This document shows positions 53,378 to 64,000 of a stretch of 64,000 bases of DNA, piece by piece. Source of the DNA: Azolla caroliniana (taxonomy: Eukaryota; Plantae; Polypodiophyta). Location: assembly GCA_043228905.1 (NCBI GenBank), contig JBHGNT010000007.1, forward strand, positions 18,228,001 to 18,292,000. Reading direction: 5' to 3'. Position 1 is the stretch's first letter; each line of letters opens with the position of its first letter. A model generated the notes under the pieces. That model did not search any database, was not told where the DNA came from, and saw only the letters and a program-made list of their open reading frames with translations. A program made the position numbers and the translations under genes.

Positions 53378-54622
53378 GGACTCCTTAGGACACATACCTA
53401 TCTATATACATATATTATAGATCGAGCACCCTAATGTCCCTACAGCAAGCGGTGTAGCCCTTGCATGCTAGAGAATATACATACAGTCATAACCACCATC
53501 GTCCCAACCAACCCTTTGTTCACCGTCGGCGATTTCTTGTTCCAACTAACCATGTCACTAGCTTCTGGCCGTGAATTGCTCCTTTGGTTTCCTTTCCCCT
53601 GGTTTCCTTTCCCGATTGGTCGACTTTACGAATAATGTGCAATTTGCTATGCATAGCCAAATGGCCATTGTCGGCAGGTTCTGGTTCCAACTAACTGCAA
53701 CACCTTAAACATTATCGTTTGTTCGATCATTAACAATAATCTATATTAGGTTAGTGGTAATCAACATTTGATTAAGGTTGCAATAAAGAGTTTAAATGTG
53801 AACCGCGTTTCGTGATTAGTGCCACCGAATCAGTCGTTTATTATCGCTAATCAAGGAGGTGTGATTAATGCTAATCATATCATTAATCACTGCTTTGTCC
53901 ATGCTAATCAATGGTTGTTCGATTAATGGTGCCAAGCAACATTCTAAGAAGTAAGCCATAGCTCTGCTTCTCTCTGTTCCTTATTCTGTGTTCTTACAGA
54001 GAAGGATATGTGGCCATAGCCATGGCCATCTCTTCTTCTTCTCTCAATATCATAGCTATATCAAACATGGCCGAATCTTTCTGAGATTTCTGGGGGGAAG
54101 CTGCATTGGGTGAACTAGAGAAGATCAGTTATTGTAATTTCTTCTATTTATGTCTCTGTGTAATAGCTGCGCGGAGCCCTATTAACGGTTTCACGGTACT
54201 TGTTCGAGACCCTTATCTGGTTTCAGCTACTTGGGTTTCACATCAGCATCGTTTGGAATCCTAATCGATCAAAAATCCCAATTGGGTTTCAATTCATCAA
54301 TCCTTGAAAGCCTAATTCATTGAGTTGAAAAACTTAATGGGCTTCATTATCAGTTTCTGAAATTTCTAATACGTTCTATATCAGCAGGTTCTCAAACTCT
54401 ATTTAAGGTTTCAAGTCATCAGTTTGTAAATTCGACAGGTTTTTTAAGGAACCCTTAATCATCAGGTTTTTTTTTTGAAACCCTAGTGCTGCTGTGAAAT
54501 CTCAGTCGTGATGACAAGGGCAAGATGAGATGCATAAATTGTATGTGGTTAACAGTGACCTGGCTTTTTTGTACTATTATTATCTATGATGTATTTGTCA
54601 CAGTCAAAATGAAGAAAACAGA

Positions 54623-56302
54623 ATGAAAAGGAGATTGTATAAGGAAGATTTAGCTTTTGTATCATTGCTGAAAGCTTGTGGCAAGAAGAAGGATGTGCAA
54701 GAAGGCATTCAACTGCATTCTAGTGTGGCAAAGAAAGGTCTACTGGAGAGAAGCCCTTATGTGGGTAGCAGTTTGATTAGTATGTATGCGAAATGTGGTA
54801 TGATTGCAAAAGCCAGGAATGTTCATGAACAGCTTTGTGCCCGTAGATTAGCATCTTGGAATGCATTGATTGTGGGATATGCCCAACAAGGGTATAGCCA
54901 TGATGCTTTGGATTGTCTTGATAGAATGCGAAATGAGTGCATCCCTCTGAATGCTATCACTTACTCCGGTGTTTTGAAGGCATGTGGTGACATCGGATTG
55001 ATTGGCAAGGGCCGACGAATCCATGAGGAGATTGTGAGTATAGATCTCCTCGAGAAGAGTATTGTGGTTGGCAATGCCTTGGTCGATATGTATGCCAAAT
55101 GTGGTATAATGTCGGAAGCACAACAGGTCCTTGAAGGCCTCCCGATCCGAGATGTTGTTTCTTGGTCCACACTTATGGCAAGGTATACACAACTATGTGG
55201 ACATGGACACAAAGCATTGAATTGTTTTGAGCGGATGCAAACTGAAGGTGTCTCCCCGGATGCATTCACCCTTTCATGCGCCTTGAAGGCATGTGGAAGC
55301 ATTGGAGACCTCACTAAAGGCAAGAAAATCCATGATGATATTATAATGAGGGATGGTTTGTTGAAGAAAAATACTGTGCTGGGCACGGCTTTGGTGGATA
55401 TGTATGCCAAATGTGGCATGCTTGAGAAAGCACAACAATTGCATGATGAGCTATATGCTCCAGATGTCGTCTCTTGGTCGGCACTTATTTCAGGATATGC
55501 CAAAGAAGGGCAAGGTCAAGAAGCATTGAAATGTTTTGAACGGATGCGAGATGAAGGCATCTCACCAAATTCAACCACTTTCATTTCCGTTCTAAAGGCA
55601 TGTGGAAGCATTGGGGCCATAGACAAGGGCAAACAAATTCATGATGACATTGTCGGCTTAAGCCTCATGGAGGTTGATATTGCACTAGGCAATGCTTTGA
55701 TATATATGTATGTCAAATGTGGTGCGCTCGAGAAAGCACAGAAAGTGCTTGATGAGCTTCATGTCCGAGATATAGTCTCTTGGAATGCGTTGATTTCCGG
55801 ATATGCCCAACAAGGTCAAGGTCACGAAGCAGCAAAGTGTTTTGAAAAGATGCAAAATGATGGCCTCTCACCAAATTCCATTACTTTTCTTTGTGTTCTA
55901 AATGCATGTAGTCATTCAGGTCTATTGGATAAAGCTCAGATATATTTTAAGAATATGGACCAAAAATATGGCATCATACCAAGACTTGAGCATCAAGCTT
56001 GCATGGTGGTTGGTTTCGGATCTGCTGGACACTTTGATAAGGCTATTGCGGTAATGAAAGCAATGCCATGTTCTTGTGACTCTGTACATATTTGGCTTGC
56101 ACTATTAGTCTCTTGTAAGAAATGGGGAAATGTAAAGCTTGGAGCATTGGCTTTTGATCAAGCACTACAACTAGATCGTAGTTGTTCTGTGGCCTATGTA
56201 CTTATGGAAAATCTTTATGCCATTTCTGGAATGCCAGAAGATGCCGAAAAGGTCGAATCAATGAGGCACAAAATTACTGATTTTGAAGATGGTGAAATAT
56301 AG
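54623..56302 (+). CDS. PLS-class PPR protein, E subclass
   Basis: 559-aa ORF with four P-type motifs in PLS triplets, E1 (IWLALLVSCKKWG) and E2 (AYVLMENLYA). An acceptor-like tcacag at 54603 suggests an upstream intron. Confidence 0.94.
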   Translation: MKRRLYKEDLAFVSLLKACGKKKDVQEGIQLHSSVAKKGLLERSPYVGSSLISMYAKCGMIAKARNVHEQLCARRLASWNALIVGYAQQGYSHDALDCLDRMRNECIPLNAITYSGVLKACGDIGLIGKGRRIHEEIVSIDLLEKSIVVGNALVDMYAKCGIMSEAQQVLEGLPIRDVVSWSTLMARYTQLCGHGHKALNCFERMQTEGVSPDAFTLSCALKACGSIGDLTKGKKIHDDIIMRDGLLKKNTVLGTALVDMYAKCGMLEKAQQLHDELYAPDVVSWSALISGYAKEGQGQEALKCFERMRDEGISPNSTTFISVLKACGSIGAIDKGKQIHDDIVGLSLMEVDIALGNALIYMYVKCGALEKAQKVLDELHVRDIVSWNALISGYAQQGQGHEAAKCFEKMQNDGLSPNSITFLCVLNACSHSGLLDKAQIYFKNMDQKYGIIPRLEHQACMVVGFGSAGHFDKAIAVMKAMPCSCDSVHIWLALLVSCKKWGNVKLGALAFDQALQLDRSCSVAYVLMENLYAISGMPEDAEKVESMRHKITDFEDGEI

Positions 56303-56929
56303 TGTTCTTTTAACATTATTAACACTTTTTCAATGGTGTTTAGGTTAAGAGATTGGCCTAGTGGTATGGTCTCTTGTTGTAAACCCCACGTGTTGGGAGA
56401 TTTGAGTCGTATCTTGTCAAGCTTTACAATTATACATACATTCTTTTTACTAATGCATATATATAATGTATGTGTATGCAAATTGATACATGTGTACATC
56501 ACTATCATCATCTTTGCTAGTTAGGTTATGTATGTGTGCATTTAAAGACTGGACTGAGAGGCTATGTACTTATGGAAAATCTTTATGCCATTTCTGGAAT
56601 GCCAGAAGATGCCGAAAAGGTCGAATCAATGAGGCACAAAATTACTGATTTTGAAGATGGTGAAATATAGTGTTCTTTTAACATTATTAACACTTTTTCA
56701 ATGGTGTTTAGGTTAAGAGATTGGCCTAGTGGTATGGTCTCTTGTTGTAAACCCCACGTGTTGGGAGATTTGAGTCGTATCTTGTCAAGCTTTACAATTA
56801 TACATACATTCTTTTTACTAATGCATATATATAATGTATGTGTATGCAAATTGATACATGTGTACATCACTATCATCATCTTTGCTAGTTAGGTTATGTA
56901 TGTGTGCATTTAAAGACTGGACTGAGAGG
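56194..56929 (+). repeat. Apparently perfect 368-bp tandem duplication of the E2 motif, stop codon and 3' UTR
   Basis: Units 56194-56561 and 56562-56929 with CTA microhomology. Identical ORFs occur at offset 368. Confidence 0.93.
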
Positions 56930-59050
56930 CTAGATCGGAGTCATTCCTTGCATGAAGTTGAAGGTTTGAGTTAGTTTGAATGCGTCTAATAATTTGAAGT
57001 CCTCTATCAAGCAAACTCTAATGATTAAATTAATTTGTCAATACAATTTCTTCGTAGCATTGTCCATGTCTACTTACATCATCATGTGTTCCTAGAGAAG
57101 CGAACCATAGAGATAAAGATGCATCCATGTTATGTTTTGGTCTTACAACATGATATTTGGTGAAGCACACGTAATGATCACATCAAAGCCCCAAACTATG
57201 GACTATTAGATCGAAACATCCAAAGGTTTATCAATATTCATGACATTTTCACTTTGGAATTACATAGGTTTAACCAGATATTTTTTTATCTAGCCATGTA
57301 ACATTGTCATGCTGAGGTAGAAGCAAGTGCCTCGCACATGCTCAAATTTTATGCAAACAAAAATATGACGCAACTATGATTGTGCTCAATACTAGAGACA
57401 CATTGAATGGATTACTATGATGATTAGAGTACACAAATATTCCTTGCTTGGTTAATTCTCTAGCAATCTTGGTTGCAACACTCTTAGTTGGGCACTATGT
57501 GGCCACTGTTTGATATGGCTTGTATCCTAGTCGGATAAGTTCTCCAATGCAACACTAATTTCTCCACTACACATTTTATTGGTTGTCCTTGGGCAGTGGG
57601 CTTACAATATTCTTTCTTTAGATGTGCTAACAATATTGGAATTAGAATTATTGGCATCAAGGAGGCCAAAATTGACCCATGGGATTGATACATACATCTT
57701 ATATGCGTCTCCTTCTTGATAAGAGAGATTACCTTTGTAATATAAAATTCTCTTTGAGAAAATAATGCAACACATAGCAAACATGTGCCCGACCTTTTCC
57801 TTGGAGTATGGCACCTAGGTCTTCATAATTTTTGGGGTCTTGTAAATGTTGCACATACAAGAAGTTTTTTAAAGCATCAATGATGTTATGGTAACACTTG
57901 GTTCAAAGTTCAAATGGCCTCAAGTTTGAAATTCCTTTCTCAACTATTGAAGTAGTTGAAGTTTGAACTTATTTAAGAACAAACGAGTTTAATGTTTTGG
58001 TTGATGGTGGATTTTGATTCATAAATACCCCCTCGATAGATATCCCAATAGACTTACACAAAAGTAACAAAAGATTTTTAGTGACCATGACATGGAATTG
58101 TTTTACGATATAATGAATATAAATGATGTTATGGTTAGGCGCTTTTGAAATGATGTTAAGCTAGAATCTCATTCTTAAACTATCGTTTTTTCTAATTTGG
58201 ATGAGTTTAGGGTTTTCACTTGATGAGGGAATTTCATTTGTAAATTGTATACCACTTAAAGGAATGGCTCATATAGTAATGTTTTTTGTGCAAAAAGGAT
58301 GATGTCTTGCATTGAGTTGATTGTGCTTGTATACTTCATCTTTCTCATCTCCATGGTAAACTTAGATCAAAAGAGAAACTAGGAAGGAAATATGAAGTAG
58401 AATTAGCCACTCCTAAAAGCGTGCATGGTCAGAGACACACTCTAAACTACATGCTTGCTTTTTCCATTCCTTCTAAAATTTACGATGTTGGGGTTTTAAG
58501 CTAATCATATAAATACACTACATTGGGCCCATGTCCCTCTCTTCTCCACGTGGTGAAGAACATTATTTTCTTTTCATTATGTGTGATTGCAAGAAGTCAT
58601 ACATACTAAACGAGTAATTTAAACATGTAATCAATCAACAATCAATCATAATTCATTTAGTGAGGAAGTGATTAGTTGGAGTTTTAATTGTTGTAGTATA
58701 CTAGTGTGTATCATCCCATCAGTGGATACTTCATGTGCCTTGGCATTTGTGTCTCATATGGATATATCACAAACACATTCACAATTAAAATTCTTAGTTT
58801 ACATTAGATATATCAATTGTTACCCGTTAATTCAAAATAACATGTGGTTAAGCTTAAATCTGCATGAATGCACAATACATTAACATACGAGAACAAAGGC
58901 TTCAAGTGCCATATGAGTCTACCTCCCCCTAGATGTAACTCCCTAAACGTCAAGAGGATATGCAACATATCAACAACATCATTTTACTATATTTATTTAT
59001 TTAGTTTTGCCCATGTGGCAATGACATCCTTACTTTATGTTATGCAATGA

Positions 59051-59625
59051 TGTTGGGGAAGTTACAAATGAGTATCTAGACTTGTTTGCATGATCATATG
59101 CACCACTAGTTTAGACGAATCATTTTGATGATGAATTGTCCTAGAGATAGAGAACTAGGAATCATATGTCTTACTAGCATGACCATAGTTTATCTTGTGT
59201 TAAGTTGTACCATGGTATTCTACATACAAGGATAAATTGCGAGGGTTAATCGAGAGTGTAAAGAATGGGAGGATTACATTTAATCCTAAGAATCAAGACA
59301 ACCCATAAGGGCCAAGTGTGACCTTACTTGGGGGCTTTAGGTTTGGCTATAAATATGAGTCCTAGCTACTCTCATTAGTCACCTTATTCGACTACGTCAA
59401 GACTGTGACCTTGTGGTGAACAGACTCTTGTAGCGAGCACGCCAGTGCCAGGTACGACTCGATGTCATGGCGGTGGTATGGGATGCCGATCAAGGTTCGA
59501 GTCTGTCTCGATCCCTTCACTTAGGGGTGGTTGGGTGGATTGGCACCCTTCTTTCTCTCTCTTTCTCTTATTTATCTATCACTTATTTCTTTATTTCATG
59601 CTTACATTAGGAATAATCTCTAACA
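59051..59625 (+). mobile_element. Probable solo LTR
   Basis: TGTTGGGGAA...ATCTCTAACA imperfect inverted ends and an internal ggctataaata TATA. No matching TSD. Confidence 0.5.
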
Positions 59626-60203
59626 ATACGGTACAAAATTAAGTATTATATAGTTATGTGAAACCATAAGCTTCATGTTTGGGTCCAGTTTTTTTTATTT
59701 AGGAAATTGAAGAGGATTAGGTTTGAAACTACAAAAAAAATGATATTAGCAAATGATATGGAAATAAGGAAGATAGAAACCAATGGTTGGTTTAAACTTC
59801 AAACTAAAGGCGACATGTCAAGAAACTGCATTCAACCAATAAGAGAACAATATCAATTCACAAAGGGTATATGTTTGGAACCCCCTGTTACTTGCATGAT
59901 ATCCAACATAGTGGACAAAAAAGAGTATTTATGACAACTATGGCAAGCAATTATAGAGCGATGACTAAGTTATGTGAAGTTTTGGAGGTTATGAAAATAG
60001 AGCGAATGAAGGTACAAAAACTTAAAACTTATGAAATAGACGATGGGCAAATAGTTGTCTTAGCAATCTTGTTTTAATTACAAATGACTCTTTTGAAGAC
60101 TCCTACCACACAAACTACTTTGAGACTGTTACTAGTTGCAATTGTGTTAGCACGCTAAATTACCCCTAACATGAAGAATGTCATCAAACTTATGATGATT
60201 CAA

Positions 60204-60711
60204 TGTTACTCCCTCCTGGAGAACACCTTTGATTGCTCCTCCTAAGTAATCGGGTCAAGGAATCATGGTGCATAGAGACTCGGGTCACAAGTACTAACGA
60301 ACGTTGATCGGATCATTTCAAATAATGAGAATGACACACAACGGATTTGGCTACAAACAATTCATAATTACGTCTTACACAGACCGAACGTTAGGTAGAT
60401 AGAGATATATCGAGATGAGACAGACACAGAAATTGCCCACAAAGTATATAAGTATATTTGATTACTGTAGCATGCAATTACATATAGAGTACTGAGTAGA
60501 ATCGGTAACACTCATTCACTCTTCTAATCTAGACCTAGGCTTAGTCTACTCTGAGATTTCCCGCATCCTTCTGTGTTTGTCACTCCTCGATATATATAAC
60601 GTTCTTTCCCCTTGGTGTTTTTTCACCCACTTCTTCCTTGACATTCAACTATTAGTGCTCGACTCCCTTTGGTTCGTTTCACACTTGTCATACTTGTCCC
60701 ACTGGGTAACA
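60204..60711. mobile_element. Solo LTR (508 bp)
   Basis: TGTTAC...GTAACA inverted termini with a perfect 5-bp TSD TTCAA (60199-60203, 60712-60716). Confidence 0.85.
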
Positions 60712-61634
60712 TTCAATGGTGTGATAATCTGGATTGCCCTTAAAACATGAAACAATGATGTCGAACTTAACGAAGATTTGATGTTGAACCAACGACTTTA
60801 AAGAGTCCTATCATACAATACTACTTTACTAGTTGCAATTGTGTTAGCGCATTGACCTCAAACTTAACGAAGATTTGATGTCATAATCCGTCAAACCTAA
60901 CGAAGATCTCGTCAAACCTAACAAACATTTTTGATGTTGTACGACCCAAATCTCCCCCTAACATGAACAATGACATCAAACTTATGAAGATTTGGTGTTG
61001 TCCCACGATTTGGATCATCAACTAAACATTACTGAGGTTCGATCGTTTGAATTGCCACCAAAACTTGTAAGGGAAGTTTTGGAAGTTAAAAAGGGAATAA
61101 TTTGGAATAAACTTCATGAAGATTATTTTGGAGAAGTAGATGGGAATGAATTTTGATCGTGATGTTACATGTATATTATATATACATACTGAAGATTTAA
61201 ATTGGAGGATTGGAAACAGAGGAATGTATTGTCTTCTTCTATTGAGTGAATGTTGGGTTCATGTAATAGAACTCATGTTCTGAGAGATGCAGCTTCCGTG
61301 GCGAGACTATTCAAGTAATGTTTCTACTGAAAGGATGGATCAGAACCACTTTTGGGTTTCCTCTCAGGTGGGCAATGCAGTATTGAAAATGCATACATGC
61401 ATACATACATGTCATGTTAATTATGTTATGCTATATGTACGTATATGTGTGAATATTTATACGCCTATTGATCATGTATGTGTGCATTTGGATGTCACAT
61501 ATATGTCTGTATACGTGTATATATGTATACATGTATTCATTATGTATGTTTGGGTATACGTATATGTATCTGCATATATGTATCTATATCTATATCTATA
61601 TCTATGTATGCATTTAGAGAGAGAGTGTGTGTGA

Positions 61635-64000
61635 ATTCTGGAATGCCACAGAAGGATTCAAGAACCTGATGAGCTTAGGAACAGGGTCGCCACGTTGTCC
61701 ACACATAGAAGAAAACCAGAAGGAATTCATGAGGAGGACAGGTTCAAGGAAAGTTATGACCAAGATTTCACAATTGTGGCCCAACTGAAGACTTGTGCCA
61801 AGAAGAAGGATCTAGGCAAAGGAACTAAAATACATTTGGAGATTGTGAAGAGGGGTTTAATTGAAAAGAACCCTTATCTAGCTAGTAGTGTGATAAATAT
61901 GTATGTGAAATGTGGTATGTTGGAAAAAGCACACGAAGTACATGAAGAACTTCATGTTCGAAACATTGTCTCTTGGAATACACTTATTTCAGGGTATGCT
62001 AGACACGGACAAGGTCATGGAGCATTGAATTGTTTTCAACAAATGTTAAATGAAGGTTTCCATCCGGATGAAGTCACCTTTGTTTCTATCTTAAAGGCGT
62101 GTGCTAGCATTGGTGATATTGTTATGGGTAAACAGATTCATGATGAGATTGTTATCAGGGGATTTCTTGAGAAATATATCACCCTTGGCACTTCTTTGGT
62201 GGACATGTATGCTAAATGTGGTATGCTTGCAAAAGCACAACAAGTGCTGAAAGAGATTCAAGCCCGAGATGTAGTTTGTTGGTCGGTTCTCATTGCAGAG
62301 TATGCGCAACAAGGGCAAGGTGAGAAAGCAATCACTTGTTTTGAAGAGATGCAATGTGAGGGCATCTCAGCGGATGTGGTGACATATGTATGTGTCTTGA
62401 AGGCATGTGGTAGTATTGGAGCTATAGACAAAGGAAAAGAAATTCATGAAGAGATTGTGAAGAGAGCTACGTTGCGTAACAATGTTATGCTTGGAATTGC
62501 TTTGGTGGATATGTATGCAAAATGTGGTGTGCTTGGAAAAGCACAAAAACTTCACGATGAACTTTGCAAACGAAGTGTAATATCGTGGAATGCATTGATA
62601 TCAGGGTATGTGCAACAGGGGCAAGGGCATGAAGCAATGAACTGTTTGGATCAGATGCAAAGAGAGGGTTTCTCTCCAGATACTATTACCTTTGTTTGCA
62701 TTGTGAAAGCTTGCAGTAGCATAAACTGTTTTAGGACGGGAAAACAGTTCCACGATGAGATCAATTGTCTGGGGTTACTTGCAAAGAGTGTGGTTCTCGG
62801 GACTGCTTTGGTGGACATGTATGCTAAATTTGGCATGCTTCGAAAATCACAAGAAGTTCTACAAGAGCTTCCCATTCGAGATGTATACTCTTGGTCAGCA
62901 TTAATTTCTGGATATACCCAACAAGGGCAATGTTATGAAGCCTTGAACTGTTTTAAACAGATGCAAGATGAAGGATTGTCTCCAAATGCAGTTACCTTCA
63001 TTTGCATCTTGAAGGCTTGTGCTTGCACAGGAGCTATCAGTAAGGGTGAACAAATTCACAGGGAGGTTCTGAGTAGAGGCTTGTTGGAGAGCGATATGAT
63101 GCTTGGCACTGCTTTGCTAGATATGTATGCTAAATGTGGAGTTCTTGTTAAAGCACAAGAAGTGTTTGAAGACCTTTCTATTCGAGATGTTGTCTCGTGG
63201 TCAGCTTTAATCGGTGGTTATGCTCAACATGGGCAAGGTCACAAAGTTCTCGAGTGTCTTAAACAGATGCAAAATGAGGGATTCATTCCAAATGAAGTAA
63301 CTTTTGTTTCCATTTTGAAAGCTTGTGGCAGCATCACAGCTCTTGACATGGGAGAAAAAATACGGGATGAGATTGCTACTAGGGGCTTGTTAGGGGAAAA
63401 CATAATACTGGACACTGCTTTGGTGGATATGTATGCCAAACGTGGTATGCTAGTAAAGGCACAACAGTTGCATGATAATCTTGCTATCCGAACGGTAGTC
63501 TCTTGGAATGCGTTGATTTCAGGACATGCCCAACAAGGGCAAGAGCATGACGCCTTGAACATCTTTAAATTGATGGAAATTGAGGGCATTTCCCCAGACG
63601 TAATCACATATGTTTGCATCTTGAAGGCATGTGGAAGCACAGGAGATGCTGCGAAGGGCAAAGAAATTCATTATGAAATTGTGAATAAGGGATTGCTAGA
63701 GGAAAACCTCATGCTTTCCAGTGCTTTGGTGGACATGTACGCAAAATGTGGTATGCTTGCAAAAGCACAACAATGTCATGATAACATAAGTTTCCGGAGT
63801 GTCATCTCTTGGAATTCTTTAATTTCAGGATATTCCCAACAGGGGCAAGGCCATGAAGCATTGAAATGTTTTGAGCAAATGCAAAATGAAGGTTTCTCTC
63901 CTGATGTAGTCACCTTTATTTGCATGTTAAAGGCATGCAGTTCCATAGGTTCTCTTCACAAAGGCAAAGAAATTCACAATGAGATTGTTAGGAGAGGCAT
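61635..64000 (+). CDS. PLS-class PPR protein, 3'-partial (runs off the window); start/first exon unresolved
   Basis: The frame is open from 61635: FTIVAQLKTCAKKKDLGKG..NPYLASSVINMYVKCG, then at least seven P-type motifs at a 306-bp period. It is absent from the ORF track because no stop is reached. Confidence 0.92.
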   Translation, partial: MLECHRRIQEPDELRNRVATLSTHRRKPEGIHEEDRFKESYDQDFTIVAQLKTCAKKKDLGKGTKIHLEIVKRGLIEKNPYLASSVINMYVKCGMLEKAHEVHEELHVRNIVSWNTLISGYARHGQGHGALNCFQQMLNEGFHPDEVTFVSILKACASIGDIVMGKQIHDEIVIRGFLEKYITLGTSLVDMYAKCGMLAKAQQVLKEIQARDVVCWSVLIAEYAQQGQGEKAITCFEEMQCEGISADVVTYVCVLKACGSIGAIDKGKEIHEEIVKRATLRNNVMLGIALVDMYAKCGVLGKAQKLHDELCKRSVISWNALISGYVQQGQGHEAMNCLDQMQREGFSPDTITFVCIVKACSSINCFRTGKQFHDEINCLGLLAKSVVLGTALVDMYAKFGMLRKSQEVLQELPIRDVYSWSALISGYTQQGQCYEALNCFKQMQDEGLSPNAVTFICILKACACTGAISKGEQIHREVLSRGLLESDMMLGTALLDMYAKCGVLVKAQEVFEDLSIRDVVSWSALIGGYAQHGQGHKVLECLKQMQNEGFIPNEVTFVSILKACGSITALDMGEKIRDEIATRGLLGENIILDTALVDMYAKRGMLVKAQQLHDNLAIRTVVSWNALISGHAQQGQEHDALNIFKLMEIEGISPDVITYVCILKACGSTGDAAKGKEIHYEIVNKGLLEENLMLSSALVDMYAKCGMLAKAQQCHDNISFRSVISWNSLISGYSQQGQGHEALKCFEQMQNEGFSPDVVTFICMLKACSSIGSLHKGKEIHNEIVRRG

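Noticed and set aside
56303-56560. E+/DYW relic after the third PPR gene
   Set aside because: No E+-like motif was recognisable in the sequence after the stop.
56940-58400. Possible decayed retroelement coding region on the minus strand
   Set aside because: No motif could be identified with confidence by eye.

Overview
Eukaryotic land-plant nuclear DNA with GT-AG introns, LTR retroelements and PLS-class PPR genes. The PPR motif style suggests a fern, which is an inference. Host genes: a PHD + CCHC-knuckle + AIPP2-type SPOC-like gene (130-3754, +); four paralogous PLS-class PPR genes (38991-41405 +, 43271-45580 -, 54623-56302 +, ~61635->64000 +), the three complete ones ending at E2; and a 6-exon dehydroascorbate reductase with a probable plastid transit peptide (49331-52341, -). 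The interval 5-37 kb is mostly transposons: a decayed minus-strand Copia carrying a hAT MITE, a nested Tnt1-like Copia and an internal inversion; a 5.6-kb hAT element with intact TIRs and TSD; and a near-identical 7.08-kb tandem duplication carrying an internally deleted Copia. The most notable signals are fossil E+ (possibly DYW) sequence stranded behind the PPR stop codons, 3'-end tandem duplications in two PPR genes, and the PHD-zinc-knuckle-SPOC architecture. No rRNA, tRNA or CRISPR array was seen. All calls were made by eye; no searches were run.
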